Shown here piece by piece: positions 25,725 through 29,553 of a stretch of 29,553 bases of DNA. The stretch covers positions 1 through 29,553 of the forward strand of contig JAZDMQ010000069.1 in the NCBI GenBank assembly GCA_043800755.1, read 5' to 3'. The translations under genes and the position numbers were made by a program. Each line of letters opens with the position of its first letter. Position 1 is the first letter of the stretch. Below the pieces are notes generated by a model. That model searched no databases. It had not been told where the DNA came from and saw nothing but the letters and a program-made list of their open reading frames with translations. Origin of the DNA: a bacterium (GTDB taxonomy: Bacteria; Methylomirabilota; Methylomirabilia; CAVQYV01).

Positions 25725-27602
25725 CTACTCCCGAATCACCGCGTCAAACCTGCAAAGCTCTCGACAGATCCCACATTTTATGCACTTATCTTCTATTATG
25801 GTGTGCACCTGCTTCCTCTCGCCTTCAATGACCCCCTGCGGGCACTTCTTGAGACAGAGCATGCACCCGGTGCACTTCTCTCCATCTATGTAGTAGCGCA
25901 CCAGCGCCTTGCAGACACCAGCCGGACATCTCTTTTCTTTGACATGGGCTTCATACTCTTCCCGGAAATACCTCAGGGTAGAGAGAACAGGATTGGGCGC
26001 AGATCCGCCTAGCTGACACAGGGAAGCCTCAGAAACCACCCAGCATAGCTCTTCCAGGATAGCCAGGTCTTCCTCCCTTCCTCTACCTTCAGTTATCTCA
26101 GACAGTAGGTTATACATCTGGACCAGACCCTCACGACAGGCTGTGCATTTGCCGCATGATTCGTTCTTGAGGAAACCGGTAAAGTACCGAGCAATATCCA
26201 CCATGCAGTTTTCCTCGTCCATGACGATCATGCCGCCGGAACCCATCATGGACCCGGCTTCGGTCAGCCGCTCATAGTCCACGGGCAGATCAATCAAAGA
26301 CTCCGGGACACATCCCCCTGAAGGTCCTCCCGTCTGAACTGCCTTGAACTTTTTACCATCCTTAATACCACCGCCGATGTCATATACAATCTCTTTGAGG
26401 GTTATCCCCATGGGAACCTCAACCAAGCCGGTGTTGTTCACCTTACCCACCAGAGAAAAGATCTTTGTTCCCTTGCTCTTCTCTGTCCCGATGCTCGCGT
26501 ACCAATCTGCTCCCTTATTGATTATGAGGGGGACATTCGCCCAGGTTTCGACATTGTTTAGGTTGGAGGGGGAATCCCACAGCCCCTTCTCCACAGTATG
26601 GATATGCTTTGCACGGGGTTCACCAGGCTTACCCTCTATCGATGCCATCAAGGCAGTAGATTCGCCGCAGACGAAGGCGCCCCCGCCCCTGGCCATTTGC
26701 ACCTCAAAATTGAGCCCGGTTCCCAATATGTTCTTACCCAACAATCCTCGTTCCTCTGCCTGCTCCAGCGCAATCCTGAAATGCTCTACTGCCAGAGGGT
26801 ACTCCTGTCTGACATAGATATAACCTTCCTCCGACCCTATTGCGAAGGCACCGATTATCATCCCTTCCAGCACTGAGTGAGGATTGCCCTCCAGGACACT
26901 CCTGTCCATGTAGGCACCCGGGTCACCCTCGTCTGCATTGCATATGATGAACTTCCGTTCCCCTTTGGCCCTGCGGCACGTCTCCCACTTCTTACCGGTG
27001 TGAAACCCACCTCCGCCTCTTCCCCTCAACCCGGATGCCTTAATAATCTCTATAACCTGCTCGGGCTCCATGCCCTGGAGAACCTTTGCCAGGGCACTAT
27101 ATCCCCCTATGGCAATGTAGTCGTCGATCTGCCTGGGCTCAATCTCTTTGTTGCTGCCAAAGATAAGCGGCATTTGCTTCTTATAGAATGGAAGCTCATC
27201 TTCGTAGGTAAGCTTAGAGCCGGTTGCAGGATCGATGTAGAGCAAGTCTTCGATCACCTTACCGCCCATGACAGATTCTTCAAATATGCGTGGAATATCC
27301 TTGGCCTTCACCCGCGGATAGAAGATGCGCTGGGGCCTGACGATCAGTAACGGCCCTTGCTCGCAAAAACCGAGGCAGCCGGTCACCCTCACGGCCACCT
27401 GAGAAGACATGTCCCTCTTCTCGATCTCGTTCCTCACTGCCTCCACTACCTCCTGAGACTTGTTTGCATAGAGGCAGGAGGTCCCACTACAAATCACCAC
27501 CGTAGGCCTATTGGAGTCCCGAGAGGAGAATAACGCCTCCTGAAACCCGAAGAATTGATCTATGCTCTCCAATCTCTTTCCGTTGGTACCCATGGCGATC
27601 AC
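25725..27602 (-). CDS. NuoF/HydB/BfuB-like FMN/NADH-binding Fe-S flavoprotein
   Basis: N-terminal thioredoxin-like [2Fe-2S] (CSGTSC...GCLGFC), GLRGRGGGGF, CNADEGDPGAYMDR, GAFVCGESTAL, NNVET, GGPSGG, ESCGKCTAC...C, H..EKRCPAGVC, and two C-terminal CxxCxxCxxxC motifs. Confidence 0.93.
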   Translation of the reverse strand: MIAMGTNGKRLESIDQFFGFQEALFSSRDSNRPTVVICSGTSCLYANKSQEVVEAVRNEIEKRDMSSQVAVRVTGCLGFCEQGPLLIVRPQRIFYPRVKAKDIPRIFEESVMGGKVIEDLLYIDPATGSKLTYEDELPFYKKQMPLIFGSNKEIEPRQIDDYIAIGGYSALAKVLQGMEPEQVIEIIKASGLRGRGGGGFHTGKKWETCRRAKGERKFIICNADEGDPGAYMDRSVLEGNPHSVLEGMIIGAFAIGSEEGYIYVRQEYPLAVEHFRIALEQAEERGLLGKNILGTGLNFEVQMARGGGAFVCGESTALMASIEGKPGEPRAKHIHTVEKGLWDSPSNLNNVETWANVPLIINKGADWYASIGTEKSKGTKIFSLVGKVNNTGLVEVPMGITLKEIVYDIGGGIKDGKKFKAVQTGGPSGGCVPESLIDLPVDYERLTEAGSMMGSGGMIVMDEENCMVDIARYFTGFLKNESCGKCTACREGLVQMYNLLSEITEGRGREEDLAILEELCWVVSEASLCQLGGSAPNPVLSTLRYFREEYEAHVKEKRCPAGVCKALVRYYIDGEKCTGCMLCLKKCPQGVIEGERKQVHTIIEDKCIKCGICRELCRFDAVIRE

Positions 27603-28867
27603 TTATAGTGCGCAATCAGGGATTCGACCTTGCTCGGTCTCATGGAGTGGTAGTCGTTATCGACCACTACCACCGGTCCAAGAGCACAGCAGCCGACGCA
27701 GTTTACCGTTTCGAGGCTGAACTTCGAGTCCGCTGTGGTCTGTCCCGCCTTGATGCCCAGAACCCTTTCTACCCCTTCCAGCACCTGGCCGGCACCCCGT
27801 GCGTGGCAGGCCGTCCCGACACAAACCTTGATGGTATGTTCCCCCCTCGGCTCCAGACTGAAGGCGGTATAGAAAGTGGCCACATGGTATACCTGAGGCA
27901 AGGGAACACCGAGCCTTTGAGAGATGTATTTCAGAATATTCTCCGGAAGATAGCGGTATTGCAGATTGACATCCTGCAGCACCTGGATCAGAGATGAGGG
28001 GTAAGCCCCGTAGCGTGAGAGGACCGATTCCACCGCCTGAACCTCCTCCGCTGTCAACTCCTCCTTTGCATCCGGAAGAAGACGGATCTCGGGCTGGTTC
28101 CTGATCAGGCAGGCGCTCATGCAGTCGCCGCAGCCCGTGCACTTGTCCAGGTCAACCGATCTCGCCTTCTTTCTGATCTTGGCCTTGAAGTTACCCACAA
28201 AGCCAGAGATCTCCTCGAGTTCGGAATAGGTATAGAGCTTGATGTTGGGATGCTGCCGCACTTCAACCATCTTCGGGGTCAAGATGCACTGGGAACAATC
28301 GAGGGTAGGAAAAGTCTCAGAGAGCTGAGCCATGTGCCCGCCAATGGAGGGTTCTTTCTCCACCAGGACAACCTCTTTCCCACCTCCAGCAATATCCAGG
28401 GCTGTCTGGATACCGGCCACACCTCCTCCAATGACCAGGCAACGTTGGGTAACCGGCACTCGGATATCATAGAGGGGGGTATTTCGCTTCGCCTTCTCCA
28501 CCATCAGGCGCACCAGATCGATGGCCTTCTCGGTAGCCTCCTCCCGTTCGGAATGCACCCAGGAACACTGTTCCCGGATATTTGACATCTCCAATAGATA
28601 TGGGTTGACCCCGGCTTCATTGGCCGCACGCCGGAAGGTTACCTCGTGCATGCGGGGGGAGCAGGCGGCCACCACGATCCCGGTCAGTTTCTTCTCCTGG
28701 ATCGCCTCCTTGATCATGGATTGGCCGGGATCGGAGCACATATATTTGTATTCCACGGAGTGAGCTACCCCGGGGATCTTGGCCGATTCTTCGGCCACCC
28801 TCTTCACATCCACAGTGGAGGCAATATTTGCACCGCACCAGCAAACAAAGACTCCAATTCTTGCCAT
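27599..28867 (-). CDS. Fusion: N-terminal half of HdrA + NuoE/HydC-like [2Fe-2S] domain
   Basis: HdrA motifs RIGVFVCWCG, MCS, ACSP, NIREQCSWVH, IGGGVAG, ETFPTLDCSQC and CTGCGDCMSAC; then NuoE motifs LIQVLQ, VATFYTAF, CVGTAC and VNCVGCCALGP. Confidence 0.92.
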   Translation of the reverse strand: MARIGVFVCWCGANIASTVDVKRVAEESAKIPGVAHSVEYKYMCSDPGQSMIKEAIQEKKLTGIVVAACSPRMHEVTFRRAANEAGVNPYLLEMSNIREQCSWVHSEREEATEKAIDLVRLMVEKAKRNTPLYDIRVPVTQRCLVIGGGVAGIQTALDIAGGGKEVVLVEKEPSIGGHMAQLSETFPTLDCSQCILTPKMVEVRQHPNIKLYTYSELEEISGFVGNFKAKIRKKARSVDLDKCTGCGDCMSACLIRNQPEIRLLPDAKEELTAEEVQAVESVLSRYGAYPSSLIQVLQDVNLQYRYLPENILKYISQRLGVPLPQVYHVATFYTAFSLEPRGEHTIKVCVGTACHARGAGQVLEGVERVLGIKAGQTTADSKFSLETVNCVGCCALGPVVVVDNDYHSMRPSKVESLIAHYK

Positions 28868-28886
28868 GAGTAGATTCGCACCTCGC

Positions 28887-29553
28887 TCAGATCAAAGCTT
28901 TGGCTTTCAACAAAGGAATAGGATCAATGATATGCCGATTGAGCCCCAATTCACGGATTCCGGCCCCCAGGGCCAAACCCAAGATCTGCGTAAAATATAA
29001 GATAGGAAGGTTAAAACGGAGGCTGTAGGCCGCCTCTGTCTCCCTCTGCCGTAGATCGAGATTGGACTGGCACATAGGACAGGCCACCGCTACGCAGTCC
29101 GCTCCTCTCGCCTGTGCATCCGCCAGGATATCGCGGCAGAGGCGAAGGACGATCTCGGTTCGGGTCAGGGAAAGGCTCGCCCCGCAACATTCAATATTAT
29201 AAGGCCAATCAATGGTCTGGGCCCCTACCGCCGTCAATAGGTCATCCATGGAATGGGGCTGCTCCGGGTCATCGAATTGCATCACCTTGGGGGGTCGGAC
29301 CAGAAGGCACCCATAATAGGAGGCCACCTTGAGCCCCTCCATCTTCTTTGACACTTTGAGCCGGAGGCCCTCTACTCCCACATCCTCCAGGATGACCTCG
29401 AGGAGATGGCGGACCTTCACCTCCCCGCGATAGTCGATTTCCAAAAGCTGGTTAACCTGATTTCGAATCTCCTGATCTTCCGCCATTTCTTGATTTGCCG
29501 TCTTCAGGCGGTTATAGCAGGCGGCGCAACAGGTCAGGACCTGATCCCCGTTC
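28887..29553 (-). CDS. hdrB: Heterodisulfide reductase subunit B, 5' end outside the window
   Basis: The frame is open to the window edge (..VLTCCAACYNRLK..); CCG-domain motifs YYGC, ECCG, ACPMC and LYFTQ. The track start at 29486 is internal. Confidence 0.92.
   Translation of the reverse strand, partial: NGDQVLTCCAACYNRLKTANQEMAEDQEIRNQVNQLLEIDYRGEVKVRHLLEVILEDVGVEGLRLKVSKKMEGLKVASYYGCLLVRPPKVMQFDDPEQPHSMDDLLTAVGAQTIDWPYNIECCGASLSLTRTEIVLRLCRDILADAQARGADCVAVACPMCQSNLDLRQRETEAAYSLRFNLPILYFTQILGLALGAGIRELGLNRHIIDPIPLLKAKALI

Noticed and set aside
27599-27601. Selenocysteine or readthrough at the TGA ending HdrA-N+NuoE
   Set aside because: The NuoE domain is complete, the in-frame continuation soon stops, and NuoF starts in another frame by GTGA overlap. 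MvhD/FlxD also uses Cys codons.
25130-28100. Split intein or mobile element explaining the hdrA interruption
   Set aside because: No intein terminal motifs, transposase or terminal repeats; the insert consists entirely of NuoE/F/G-like coding sequence.
25725-28100. Respiratory complex I nuoEFG genes
   Set aside because: No membrane or quinone-module nuo genes are nearby; E and G are fused to HdrA halves and F has HydB-type extra domains.
20569-29553. Methanogenic archaeal origin of the window
   Set aside because: HU, rlpA, a CsgG-like lipoprotein, sigma70 promoters and flx genes indicate a bacterium.

Overview
A GC-rich bacterial window with about 27 CDS and no rRNA, tRNA, CRISPR array or transposase. 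The gene content (HU, RlpA, CsgG-like lipoprotein, Hdr-Flx) suggests a Gram-negative anaerobe. The left two-thirds holds housekeeping and catabolic genes: an Nramp-related transporter, an HD-GYP phosphodiesterase, a cupin, a ComDE-like decarboxylase, rlpA, a Tat-exported DUF362 protein, an HpnA-like SDR, a YchF-like NTPase, mtaB, HU, a racemase-family protein, a class III aminotransferase, a Zn-dehydrogenase, MoeB/ThiF, a CsgG-like lipoprotein, an M20 amidohydrolase and a frameshifted ilvD. The right third (20569-29553, minus strand) is an hdrB-hdrA-flxDCBA operon in which hdrA is split in the middle of its inserted ferredoxin domain by an ~3 kb NuoE/NuoF/NuoG-like (HydCBA/Bfu-type) module. 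This gives [HdrA-N+NuoE], [NuoF/BfuB] and [NuoG-N+HdrA-C]. The predicted complex has two potential flavin-based bifurcation sites and two NAD(H) ports, and is the best candidate for an undescribed system here. The second candidate is an unassigned riboswitch-like leader (promoter, pseudoknot, hairpin, terminator) at ~2460-2640, upstream of the HD-GYP and transporter genes. All calls come from reading motifs by eye; no database searches were run.
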